A DNA stretch of 63,544 nt, the filler included, from Octopus bimaculoides (lineage: Eukaryota), in the NCBI RefSeq assembly GCF_001194135.2. It is 7 parts of 6 records of this genome, joined end to end, with 100 filler letters (N's around TTAATTAATTAA, not from the genome) between each part and the next. Parts side by side here need not be neighbours in the genome. Positions count along the whole stretch, not along the records: positions 1 to 27,886 come from NC_068983.1; 6 more parts are not named here. One strand, given 5' to 3'. The notes under the pieces were generated by a model. That model ran no database searches and was not told the DNA's origin. It worked only from the letters and a program-made list of their open reading frames with translations. The translations under genes were made by a program, and so were the position numbers. Below, in pieces: positions 1 to 11,660 of this stretch. Position 1 is the first letter of the stretch. Each line of letters opens with the position of its first letter.

Positions 1-33
<33 letters not shown>

Positions 34-255
34 GATATGGAGAGATAGATAAAGATATATACATGTACTAGAAGAAACATCCGGTGTTACCTGGCTTAAA
101 GAAAATAAAGGAAATTTTAAATGCCATATAGATTACGTAAGTTTTGAACCGCTAGTAGCTGAGATACCAACTTTCTACGTTAATAAATCTCCAACAAATG
201 CCATCATGGAACACAGACGTTAAGTAAAAGGTGTAAAGAAAGATTTCAACTCATA

Positions 256-490
256 TATTCTTTTATTCTTTTAATTGTTTCAGTCATTTAAATGCGGCCA
301 TGCTACAGCGCCGCCTTTAGTCGAGCAAATCGACCCCAGAACTTATCCTTTGTAAGCCTAGTACTTATTCTATCGATCTCTCTTGCCGATCCACTAGGTT
401 ACAGGGACGTAAACACAACAGCATCGGTTGTCAAGAGATGTTGGGAGGACAACGTTTTATGTAGTTTGTTTCGTAACCAAAACACAGATA
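256..490 (-). mobile_element. SINE family C, 3' (tail) module
   Basis: Similar to the copies at 2625-2805, 29255-29480, 42137-42360 and 49830-50000 (shared gtttcagtcatt..gcggccatgct..cttttgccgaaccg core). Confidence 0.85.
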
Positions 491-499
491 CAGATGTTA

Positions 500-1176
500 A
501 ACAAAGAAGGGCCGATTTTGGTGATTCATTTTAGAGAGTTATTAGAGAGCCAATCCGAGGATGTGTCTCACCTTAGATCTTGAAAGTTGTGGGTCCAAAC
601 GATATCATTTCTAGTACGGAGTTATACTGTCTAACTTTATTTTGGAAGTGCTGTGAATCTTGGCCACTTGATGACAAATAGTTTATTCAAAGGCTCTGGA
701 GCTTGATGTATTGCAGGGAGTTTAACCTTTGTACCACTGCAACACAGTGCAGATGTCTCACCACGCCACTTCCTTGTTTTACAATGTACGCAATCAGTTG
801 CCATTGCACCAATAGAAACCCTAGTGTCATCTACATAATCAACTGCTGGATCATAATTGAAAGCTGCTTCATAGATAATGCTTCTCTGAGCTGCTGCAAC
901 TGCTCTTGGTTCTGCAGTGGAGATCCTAATCCCTCTCAGCCGTGCATACCTTTGTTCATCATTTTGAGATGCTCTGGCTTTTGTAATGCACAGTCTATTC
1001 GTTTCTTGGTATGCTTCCCTTTCTGCCGCTGTCTTTCTTTCCCTGGACAAATATATACTTTTGGCTGACCTTGACATTGTAGACAAATTTGACACTTTCC
1101 TTATACGCATGGTTATATACGTATACAGAAATACACGGGTGAAGAATATATTAATCTTCTTTGAAGACAACGGCAC
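500..1176 (-). pseudogene. Helitron Rep/helicase N-terminal region, frameshifted and with stops
   Basis: ORF 637-1176 gives AAFNYDP..IGAM..C.HC...W.GE....CC.G.KV.LP....PEPL..L. After a frameshift it continues SQHFQNKVRQYNSVLEMISFGPTTFKI*GETHPRIGSL, matching the conserved Helitron motif (HF...IR.YNS.F.MTSFG..PTFKIQGQ..HRIGSL). Confidence 0.85.
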
Positions 1177-2272
1177 CGTCCTATACTATCCGAATCGGCG
1201 GTAATTACCTAATTCACTCACTAGACGACGAACACGCGCACATTTACCCCACCACACATATATGTATATTGCATATATTTATGTAATATAGACATAAATA
1301 TATATATGTATACATACCATCCGCAGACTCTAAGACATACATAAGCATGTACACGCAAAATTACACAGACACACACTCTCACATACATATTTCATTTTCT
1401 TTGTTTTAATGCGATTTTAATCATATTGTTTCAAGACATTTTCCTACACAAGAGACAACAATAGATATCTTAATCATTTATGCCTTTTCAGATATATGCG
1501 AAACTAACACGTGGTTGGTAATATCGTTCAAACTCAATTGGAACTATAACAAGTGTACATGTAGTTCATATTGGATTTCATTTCAAATAATTGCTTATAA
1601 ACATAGAAGTAGCTGAAGTGTTTGTGGGATGACGTCAGTAGCTGGGGAGCTGACCGGAACTCGGATGAGTAAGGGCGCGTAGGTGACGCGCGCTCAGGCA
1701 CGAGTGAGGGACAGCAGCTGCTATTTTTAGCAGTTCGAGTCGGGCCACGTGGAAGGGTACGTTACCACTGGAGAGGTCTGCGTCGACGAAGAGAAGGTAG
1801 GTATCTTAATTCTAATTTCCCACATTCGCCACAATGTTGACACTTTATACTATAATGACTCATATCTAGAATATTACATTTAATCTCTGAAAGGGCGCAA
1901 AATTCTCTTACTAAATGATTACAGTGAAGATATTTCGTAAATGCTAGTCTGTGTTGCTCGAGAAAATCCAAAGATCTCGTTGTATACTTTAAAATATCGA
2001 AATAAACAGATATGTTTCTTTCCAGTGAATAAACTTCAGAACGAAAGTAAAAAAAAAAACGTTCCACTTTTATGGAGAACGCAGGAGGAATTTTGCAATT
2101 GAGTTTGAGCAGTATTTTGTAAAATCGGGTAACACTTCGAGCATACATACATACATACAGTAGTGTCGACACCCCCAGATGATGAAGTACGCTTGCCCAA
2201 TACGTAGGTATAGAAGGAGAAGTCTAGACGTCAAGGTAGTTGAGTAGAGGTCATCCGGACGTAGGATATAAA

Positions 2273-2331
<59 letters not shown>

Positions 2332-2345
2332 NNNNNNNNNNNNNN

Positions 2346-2388
<43 letters not shown>

Positions 2389-2389
2389 T

Positions 2390-2528
2390 TCAGTTTCTGA
2401 CTTTCAGATTCACTCATAAGGCTCTGGTCGACGCGAGGCTATAGAAGAAGACACTTGCTTAAGATATCACACCGTAGACTGAGCACCCGCAACCATGTGG
2501 TTGGGAAGCAAGCTTCTTATCACACAGA
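2390..2528 (-). mobile_element. SINE family C, tRNA-like 5' (head) module
   Basis: Similar to 59849-59957, 29620-29780, 42510-42650 and 15650-15775 (gtgtggtaag..cttgc..aaccacatggtt..caagtgtcttct.ctatagcc). Confidence 0.8.
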
Positions 2529-2624
2529 CACAAACATATTATATAATGTAACATAATATAACATAACATGATATAATATAAAATAATATAATGTAGTATA
2601 ATACAATATACACACACATTTTAC

Positions 2625-2805
2625 GACCGGTGGTTTTGGTTTGTTTAAGCTCCCGAGATTAACACTTCGCAAAACGCGACCGATGTAATAAGTACCAGAC
2701 TTTGAGCCGAAAAAAAAAGAGCTGTTGCGATCGATTTACTCTACCAAAATCCTTCAAAGTGGCTTTCCCAGCATTGCCGCAGTTAAATGACTGAAACAAG
2801 CCAAT
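2625..2805 (+). mobile_element. SINE family C tail module, diverged
   Basis: Contains gcaaaacgcgaccgat..aataagtacc..cccagcattgccgcagttaaatgactgaaacaag, the reverse complement of the 256-490 module. Confidence 0.7.
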
Positions 2806-5341
2806 GATAATAACGATAATTCAATAACTTTGTGCTCCAAGTAATTTGTAACAGAATTATGTTTCTTTATACACTCTTTTTAAATCATGAATGGGTTTTT
2901 TTTTCTGTTTTGGTTTTAATTTTGATTTCAGAATACTCAATTAATTTATTTCTGATCCCGGCGTGGTTAAAACGCTAAAAACATAGATTGAAAAATATAT
3001 ACAACATGTTATGAGAATGATGTTGTAGTTTATGCAGAATTTAAATGTCATTATAGGATTAATAAATTCGATTTTCGTGTTGCTACTTCTGAGCTTGACA
3101 CTTATCCATGAATTCATATGAATCGGCGTTTTCTGAAGTTATAGTTAAGCACAGTAAGAAGAATCATTAATTACATCTGACGTACACGATGCATTTAAAA
3201 TTAAATACTTAATGATTATGACATTCTTTATCGTACGTTTAATTTATATAATTTGTTAGTTTTGAGCGTCTCGTTTTAATTTTTCCTTAGACAGAGCAAA
3301 CATTAAAATGCATATTCATATTAGTTTAGATTATAAGCTTCATATTGACTATTCAAACTTGGTATTACACCAATTGCATTATATAGAAACAATCTGAGTT
3401 TTGGCATAAAGAACAGTATGATTAGTTTCTGAATTCTAAGTTTTAGAATGTCGTATTTCATTAATTGTAACGTGGTAAATACAGCGTCTTTTCTATGAAT
3501 TTTAGATTAATTCTTCGAAATTATGAATTATAACATTGTGACAAGTATTTGAAACTACAATGATTTGATACCTATATTTATTCAAGTTTTACTTTCTCCC
3601 ATCAAGCTGGAACACCAAGCGTTTCAAAATGGAACACCAAGCGTTCCATTGTAATATGTAGTGCGATATACTGTTTCATAGAGTTTGTGGAGTCAGAAAT
3701 ATTCATTTGTATGATATGGATACTAGAATCGAATTACGAGAAGGAAAATAGCCGCTGGGATGTTTAAGTAACTCCCACATATATTGGTGATGCAAGTTGG
3801 GCCGAAATAGTTGTACAAACACCATACATTAATCACTCTTTACGCTCTATTTCTGCTCGTTTGCAAAGTTGGCCTTGCTATTTGCTTAAACAAATGCATA
3901 AAATAACTTTCATGGCTTTCACAAATTCTGGAGAATTTTAGAAGGAATAACAGTATTACCATGTGCTGTGGTGAAATGTTATTTATTGCAATGATTTGCA
4001 CTTCCATTAAATACTGATCAATAGCGATGTATATATAGGTTTGGGGAAGACAAGACTTCTTCCACCAAGATATTCGAGAACAGAAACACAGAAACATGCG
4101 TATACAATAAAGGATACTGTTTGCAAAGTTTTCCAATCGTAGATTTTCTACCGCTGATATACATTTGAGTTTATGAAGGTATAATTTTAATTCAATGAAA
4201 TATATTTATAGGCACGCATAAAAATGAAAACCAAATGACGATATCCTGTCCACCATTGAACATATCACAAAAAAACTACGTTATTAAGAATCGTTTTTTT
4301 TTAAAGAAATATTTCGTTGTTCTTTGCTTTCTCTTTTCATATCAATTGATCACAGCCAGACATTACAAACACGCATTAGAAGGTAAAGCTCTAGCTTATC
4401 AGTAGGCAGGTATTGACAGTTCCTATTACAAGCCGGCATAATCAAAGAAATACATGGGTGGTTAACTGCAATGAATCACTTTGTAACTAACCAGACAGAA
4501 AGCACTAAAAGACAACGGTTAATTTCAGGTAAATGAGAAGGCTATACTATTCCAATTCTTACAGAATATTTTATTTCTACTCAGTAGTGTAAAGCTTCGT
4601 TTTCGTGTGTTTTTTAATTAAATTCATCCATAATTACCCTCGACTGGACTTCGCATTTTACAATTATATGTAATATACTAGAATTGTGTATAGCAGAAGA
4701 AAATGAAAAAAAACATAAGCAGTTTTACTATAGGCAATGGAGTTGCTGATCGTGGAATGATGGAGACATATGTTGACTTGCAAAACGCTTTGAACCGTTC
4801 TGTTGAAAGAAATGTAAATAACACGCAGTAAAAAGTTGAAAAATTAATTGAAAGAAAACAGAAGAAAGAAAACAGTTCTATGCATTATATAAAAAAGTTA
4901 TTAATTTCCTATTAGGTCGCTGAACGCATTTTCCTAGGAAGAGTATTGCAGCTTTGAGAGGCTAACTAACCGAGAATACAATAGGTCATGAAAATAATTA
5001 TATACCGTGCGATTTTTTTATATGAATCAACGCTTTAGATCTAAGCTTTGGGAGGTAGCGTCAGAAGATATATTATGCGAAGTGGAGTCACTGTTGGGGT
5101 AATATGATTTGCAAACAAATATATAATATGAAATACAATCTTTGTGGAGAAAATGTGAGCAATTTTTGATATTGAATAGTCCCTTGTTTTAACTTCATAC
5201 CCTGTCCTCACTGAATAGCCATTACCTTATTAGAGCCATTATGAAACGTTTTGTTTTATAATTTCTAAATCATGAAGTATTGTGAAGATCTTATCATCCT
5301 GTAATAAGTAATATTTTATTAATAAATCGGTCACACTTCCT

Positions 5342-5547
5342 TCTTGTTGTTGTTGTTGTTGTTAATGCTGTTGTTGTTATTGTTGTTGTTGTTGTTGTTG
5401 TTAATGTTGTTGTTGTTGTTGTTGTTGTTGTTCTTCTTCTTCTTCTTTTTCTTCTTTATTGTTTTACTTATTTGTCTTCAATATTTTCCCCTCTTCACTT
5501 TCCTTTTTTCTACTTTTTACGCGATTGCAGCTGCTGCTGTGGCTACT

Positions 5548-5615
<68 letters not shown>
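5342..5615. repeat. Compound trinucleotide microsatellite (GTT)n-(CTT)n ... (ACT)n
   Basis: Read directly; explains the poly-L and poly-T ORFs. Confidence 0.98.
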
Positions 5616-5617
<2 letters not shown>

Positions 5618-7666
5618 AATTTTAGATTAAATGGAATTTGCTATAGCAAAATAGCTGAGACGAGCGCAACTCTGGTCATCAAATAAACTTCTTTGTCAAC
5701 TTTCTGATATTAAAAGAAGCAAAAGATCAAACATTGCCAAATCAAATGTATAATTATACTACATGGTTTACATATAGTGTAATATGATTATTATATAATA
5801 TAGAGTGAACATGGAATATATTTCCAGTAAAATTCACTTACGTTTCTACTCTCCAGCTTTAGTCAATACTCTTGAGGATTCACACACAAAATTAGAATCC
5901 AAGTAACTCAATAGACTACCTTTATATGATCACTATATGGATGGTTGATGAACAGTTACAGAACACTTACCCTAAAATTGTTTATGTGTGTTAAGGTCAA
6001 AAATGCAATAAAAACATAAAGTAGTAACAAAATTTATAGATTATCCTTCAAGAGTGTCCATTAATTTTCTTTTTTTTTTTAAGAAATCATCTTTCCAGCA
6101 ATGTAGCAAAAGCTAGGAAAATCTAACGAATCAACAATATATTATTTAGATGTCTTGGAAATATATTTAACAGAAGTAAACAATTTTTGTTACATACATA
6201 CGAAACAGCGACGTCTAATGAATTTTTGTAGGTAGACTGTTACGTACGTTATTTGCATAAAATAATGAAAATCCCACGAAATTAATTCATAAAAAATATG
6301 AAGCATATTTATTCTTGGCTGTTTGCACAAACTTGCTCTAAGTTCGCTATATATTTTAGTTTCTCTACCTTATGATCTAGCGTTTGACTTTCATGATTTT
6401 CTTTCTGTCAACGAATAATGAATGCTTGAATAAGTTGACTTTAATTCATTATATTATCCTTTTCACTTTATAATCCACCAAGTTCATATCTAAAAGAAAT
6501 CAATATTTTCAAAGTGAAGAGTAAGTTATATCAAGAATGCCTGACTACAGAAAGGAAAATTATTAATAGTCGCTCATCTCTCCCGGTTTATTAGGTTAAT
6601 AAAATGTATAGAGATAACACAAATAAAATGCACCGAGATAGCACACTGTGCCAAACATAAGTCTGTGTTTAGTCATAGTAAATACAAATATTTCAAGAAA
6701 TGCAAAGAATTTCTAAGGCAAGAAGGAGATATCGTTATCAGAAGTGGTTTGACAGTTTCATACCAAATTTAAGATATCCTAGTCTTCTGAAATGAGATAT
6801 GCTCTTGAAAATCGATGCGAATCATCTTATGCATCGCATTCATTACATAATATAGAATTGTTTATATAATGAACACGACAATAGCATGTTTTACTTGCCA
6901 AAGAGTGTGGTGTAACTACTTTTAAGTTTAAAAAGTGACGATGTTTTGATTCAAGATGACGTCACTAACTCTTCATGGTCTATATTTTATCCATATTCCC
7001 TTCCATAATAAAATATAACGTTTCAAATAAGAAGAACTACAAACAAAATCATCCTGTATTCATATAGAACATGATCGGCTTTAATCTAGAGCTACGCAAT
7101 TAGAAGGGAAAAAAACGGATATAGATTTCTTTGATAGCGTTTGTAACATTTATAAGAAGGCGGCCATTATAAGTGGCCATTTCCGTTTATCTCGCATAAC
7201 TCAATAATTATTTCTCTTTCTACAAATTTACTTTTGGTCTGTTTTTTGAAAAATATTTATCTCGTTTATTCTGTTCTTATCACTTGTCGGATATTTAGAC
7301 ACTTCAATGAAAAAGTAATGTGTAAGATGGTCTCTTTAGCCCAAAATAATGTATCAGCCCCAAATTAACATTACAGCACGGAGGAATACTTAAAACAAGG
7401 AATATATGTGTGTATCTCTATCTCTATATATATGTATATATNNNNNNNNNNNNNNNNNNNNNNNNNNNNNNNNNNNNNNNNNNNNNNNNNNNNNNNNNNN
7501 NNNNNNNNNNNNNNNNNNNNNNNNNNNNNNNNNNNNNNNNNNNNNNNNNNNNNNNNNNNNNNNNNNNNNNNNNNNNNNNNNNNNNNNNNNNNNNNNNNNN
7601 NNNNNNNNNNNNNNNNNNNNNNNNNNNNNNNNNNNNNNNNNNNNNNNNNNNNNNNNNNNNNNNNNN

Positions 7667-7746
7667 GAAGAAGAAGAAGAAGAAGAAGAAGAAGAAGAAG
7701 AAGAAGAAGAAGAAGAAGAAGAAGAAGAAGAAGAAGAAGAAGAAGA
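7667..7746. repeat. (GAA)n microsatellite abutting a gap
   Basis: Read directly. Confidence 0.98.
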
Positions 7747-8277
7747 TAACGATGCTTTGTCACATGAAATGTAAGTAATTAATTTTGATAGTCATTTCAT
7801 ATAATTACTTTTGACCTATCGTGTAGTATGAAGATCAATCAATTTGTCCAAGAAACAATTTATTATTGCAATAAGACGAGAAATTTTTTTTTATATAATT
7901 AATCTCAGGAGATAATGTCTGGATTCTAATCTTGTGTCATATGTCACCACTTTTTACATGAGTGCATATGATAGCTTCACTCTTCTTGCACAGCATTTAA
8001 GTAATTAACGTATGTCGATAGATGAAAACGTGGTAAATATAAAAAGATAAACGGAGTAATGAAAAAAAGGGGAAATTTTTCACAAAGCAAAGGACAACAG
8101 ACTACAAAGAACGAATGTGATGAAAATAAAAAAAATATATAACGTATAATGAGTCGATAACAACTCGGTTTCTATCACTTTGTAGATTAAATGTTTGATA
8201 CTTTATTGACCTCTTCTTACTGACGATTACAACACAATGTAATATCTACATGGGAAAATGAGAAAGACATGACAAAT

Positions 8278-8282
8278 GATAT

Positions 8283-8348
<66 letters not shown>

Positions 8349-8567
8349 TACTACTATATTAATTATTATTATTATTATTATTATTGTTCAGTAGTTTTAT
8401 TTTTATAACGTGCTTTCGCTTCACTACCGTGCGCAGCTCTGTGCGCCTTGGGTATGTGCTGTGGTTTGCTGTGGTGTTCTTATGTTTACTGTATTGAAAG
8501 TGTTTTGCGTAGAATGTGTGCAGTACCTACTAGTGCGATTTTCTGTATGTTATTATTATTATTATTA

Positions 8568-8640
<73 letters not shown>

Positions 8641-8646
8641 TATTAT
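8278..8646. repeat. (ACT)n and (ATT)n microsatellites
   Basis: Read directly at 8281-8355, 8364-8385 and 8550-8646. Confidence 0.97.
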
Positions 8647-9289
8647 TTTTTTTTGCCTCAGGTTTTGTTTTAACACCTGGAGTTTTGCACGCGCAACGGA
8701 CTTGCTGCCTGCAACCAACACTACCATGCTAGTTATTCTTTTCAACTACACTGTTGAACACTTCTGAAGAAAAAAAATTTATTGCCTTGCTTTTTACAAT
8801 TAGTCCTACCTAATATAATGGTGCTGGTTCAGAAATGCCCTCAGCAATTTTCTATCACGTCAAGTTTTTTTGTTGAACATGAATTCATTTTGTTAAACAA
8901 AATATCCCTTTTGACAATAAATGCAATATTGAAATAAGAAACTAACACAAAGCAAACAATAATTTCCTTTGTTTAACATATATTACACAAAATGTTGAAT
9001 TACACACCTTAATGTAGATATCTCTTGTAAACGGAGTTTCAATTACTCAAAGAATGAAAATTTCTCTTTGGTGCTCTATGTGAATAAATTGTATCATGAC
9101 AATCCCTTTGTAGTGACCTGCAGTAGACAGTACCTTGCTGGGGTTCTCCCCCCCCTTGAAACCTAGTCTCTATGTTCTCGATGTCTTAGTTGAATCGTTC
9201 TCCTTGCTCATCACTTATTGCCTTATGATTTTCAAGGAAGTAGTCCAGTTGAGATTGCAGGTAATGTACATTTACTCTCATGTTGCGAG

Positions 9290-11484
9290 AAATAATAGTA
9301 GTGATGACGTTGGTGACGAACGTTACCTTGGCTCAGTTTATGAAATACAGGGGTTTCCGAAGAAAATCTGATTGTAAAAGTGGAAATGCATCTGGACCTT
9401 TAAGGGAAGGCCTCTCGCTCGCCAGTGATTCTGTAAATATTCAGACTGACTACAGCTGTTAACTTAATACAGTATCAAAAGACAATAGAATATGGAGAAG
9501 GAAGTAAGCCAGCGAAGAAAACAGGATAATGGTGCAATGCTGCTTAGAAAGCGTACCTAAAAGAATGGGCTATAAAAAAAATGGAGTTATCAGTTTGGGT
9601 AGAGAAAATTATTTTAAAGCGACTAGCAGAGATTAGTAGATCAAACTAATGCTATTAGAAGAAGGAAGTGTATGACGGAATTGGAGGTAGAAAAGATCAC
9701 AAGAGAAATGGAAAATTAAGACCAAGCTGTAGGAAAAACGTTATAAATTTATTGATGAGAATGATATATCTCTTGATCAGAATGATATATTACTACCGGA
9801 ACGCAAAGGCTGTAGAAGGAGATGACAAGATTTCAAAGATCATCCATTGATAGACAAAACGGTAATGCAAGTTTGTAAACGGAGAACAAATATGGGAATG
9901 ACCTGGATTGACTATTGCAAAGCTTATAATATGATTCCACATTCGTGGATAATATAGTGGTTAGCTTTGTTTGGAATTGCGAAGAATGTAACATGTTTCC
10001 TGCAAACAAGTATGGTGGGATTGAAAACTGAATTGGTATCTTACTGAAAAAGCTTTGGAACCCTTATTATCAGAAGAGAGATTTCCCAGGGTGATAACCT
10101 ATCCCTGTTGCTTTTTCTTCTCTGCATGATTCTCATCTTGATACTTAGGAAAATGAACCTGTGGTACTAACTAAAGGAAACTCCAAAGCAATCAGTCACT
10201 TCCTCTCCATGGAATCTGTATGACAAAGATGAGACACGAGTGAGTTCCTTGGTGAACAAGGTCCACTGTTTTAGTACTGATATTAGAATGGAATTTGGAC
10301 TCAAGAAGTGCTGAATAATGTATCTAAAAAGAGGCAAGGTACAGTTCCTAGCAGGAATAGAATTACCGAATAGAAACTTGATTAAGCAAATTGAAACGAA
10401 AGGATACAAATACGTTGGTGCACTAGATAATGCAATGAGATAATGGAAAAGGAAATGAAAGAGCAACTGAAGATGAAGTCTTTCCGAAGACTGAGGTTGG
10501 TGTTGCGCTCAGAAATGACTGGTTGGAATAAAATCCAAGCAGTTAATACGTGGGCGATATCATGACTTCGGTATGGTGTCGGAATTATAAAATTGGAAAA
10601 GAGAGAAATGAAGAAAATTGATACCAACATGAGAAAAATGTTTACAGTACAAGGAGTCTTCCACTCAAAGAATGACACCGATAGGCTGCACTTGTGCAGA
10701 ATAAAGGATAGGAGAGGTTTAATCAGTTCCCAGGACTGTATCGAAGCAGAGGAAAACAGCCTAGGATGATGTGTAAAAATTGCCGTGGAAACACATGAAG
10801 AAGGCCGGACTGAAAATTGTGTAACTAAAGAAACATTTAAACAGGAAAGGAACAAAAAACAAAAAAAAAATGAAAAACATGGAAGGAAAGAAATTGTACT
10901 GTCCGTTTGCAAGAGATATGAACGCCAAGACAGGTACAGAAGGCAGGTGGCAGTAGATGAAGAGGGTTGACCTGAAGATAGAGATAGAAGCACTCAGGGA
11001 ATGGCAGAGTCGGAGACTAGCAAAATCTTCTGGGATTCCCCAATCCAAACAGATCAATTGTTAGAGCATAGACTTTGTAATAGTGGACAAGGTGCACCAC
11101 TTATGCTATATAGTTGATTTTACATAACACTTTAACCCACGAGCAGTCAAGAAGGAAGACAAAATGATACAACAGTCTTAAGTACGAAGTAGCCCGGCTA
11201 TGGAGAATGAAGAAGGTGAACATAGTACCAATTATTATTGGGTACTTGGGAACAGTATCAGAAGGCATCTAGGTGAATGTAAAGAAAATTGGAATAGAGT
11301 GCTCAGTAGAACTGTTATCAAAGGCCTGCCTCCTTGGCACCACCAGATTAATCAGGATAGTATCAGATAGCGGAAAATAAGTAATAGCATGGTACCATAC
11401 AGTGAAGGTAGTAAGCCCAGTACGCATGCTAGACTTCAGGAGCTCCAACAAAACCTGTGATTGAGAGCCGATAATAATAATAAT
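9290..11484 (+). mobile_element. 5'-truncated, degenerate R4/Dong-clade non-LTR retrotransposon (RT plus C-terminal restriction-like endonuclease)
   Basis: Conceptual translation across frameshifts: MTWIDYCKAYNMIPHSWII (~9898), IRREISQGDNLSLLLF (~10070), ISHFLSM, RRLRLVLRSE..NKIQAVNTWAIS*LRYG, FHSKNDTDRLHLCRIKDRRGL, KIFWDSPIQTDQLLEHR/DFVIVDK (REL, ~11023), KVNIVPIIIG.LGTV, LLSKACLLGTTRLIR. Ends in a (TAA)4 tail at 11471-11484. Confidence 0.9.
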
Positions 11485-11660
11485 CCTCTGTACTCTCGGT
11501 ACAAGGCTTGAAACTTTGGGGAAAGTACAAGTCGATTACATCGACGCTAGTGCGTAACTGCTACTTATTTCGTTGAGCCCGCGATGATGAAAGGCAAAGT
11601 CGACCTCGGTGGGTTTTGAAAGTAATGACGGACAGAATACTGTTAAGCATTATTACCCTA
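11485..11660 (-). mobile_element. SINE family B, diverged
   Basis: gtcgattacatcgac..gatgaaaggcaaagtcgacctcgg is the reverse complement of the 47845-48070 core. Confidence 0.8.

Larger units (their letters stand above)
68..1210 (-). mobile_element. Internally deleted Helitron (rolling-circle transposon), interrupted by a SINE segment
   Basis: Minus strand ends CCAGGT-AAC-ACCGG-atgtttctt-CTAG|T (hairpin 81-94, CTAG 68-71), the typical Helitron 3' terminus. Rep N-terminal coding remnant lies at 500-1176. The 5' boundary is uncertain and may extend to about 2170. Confidence 0.8.
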
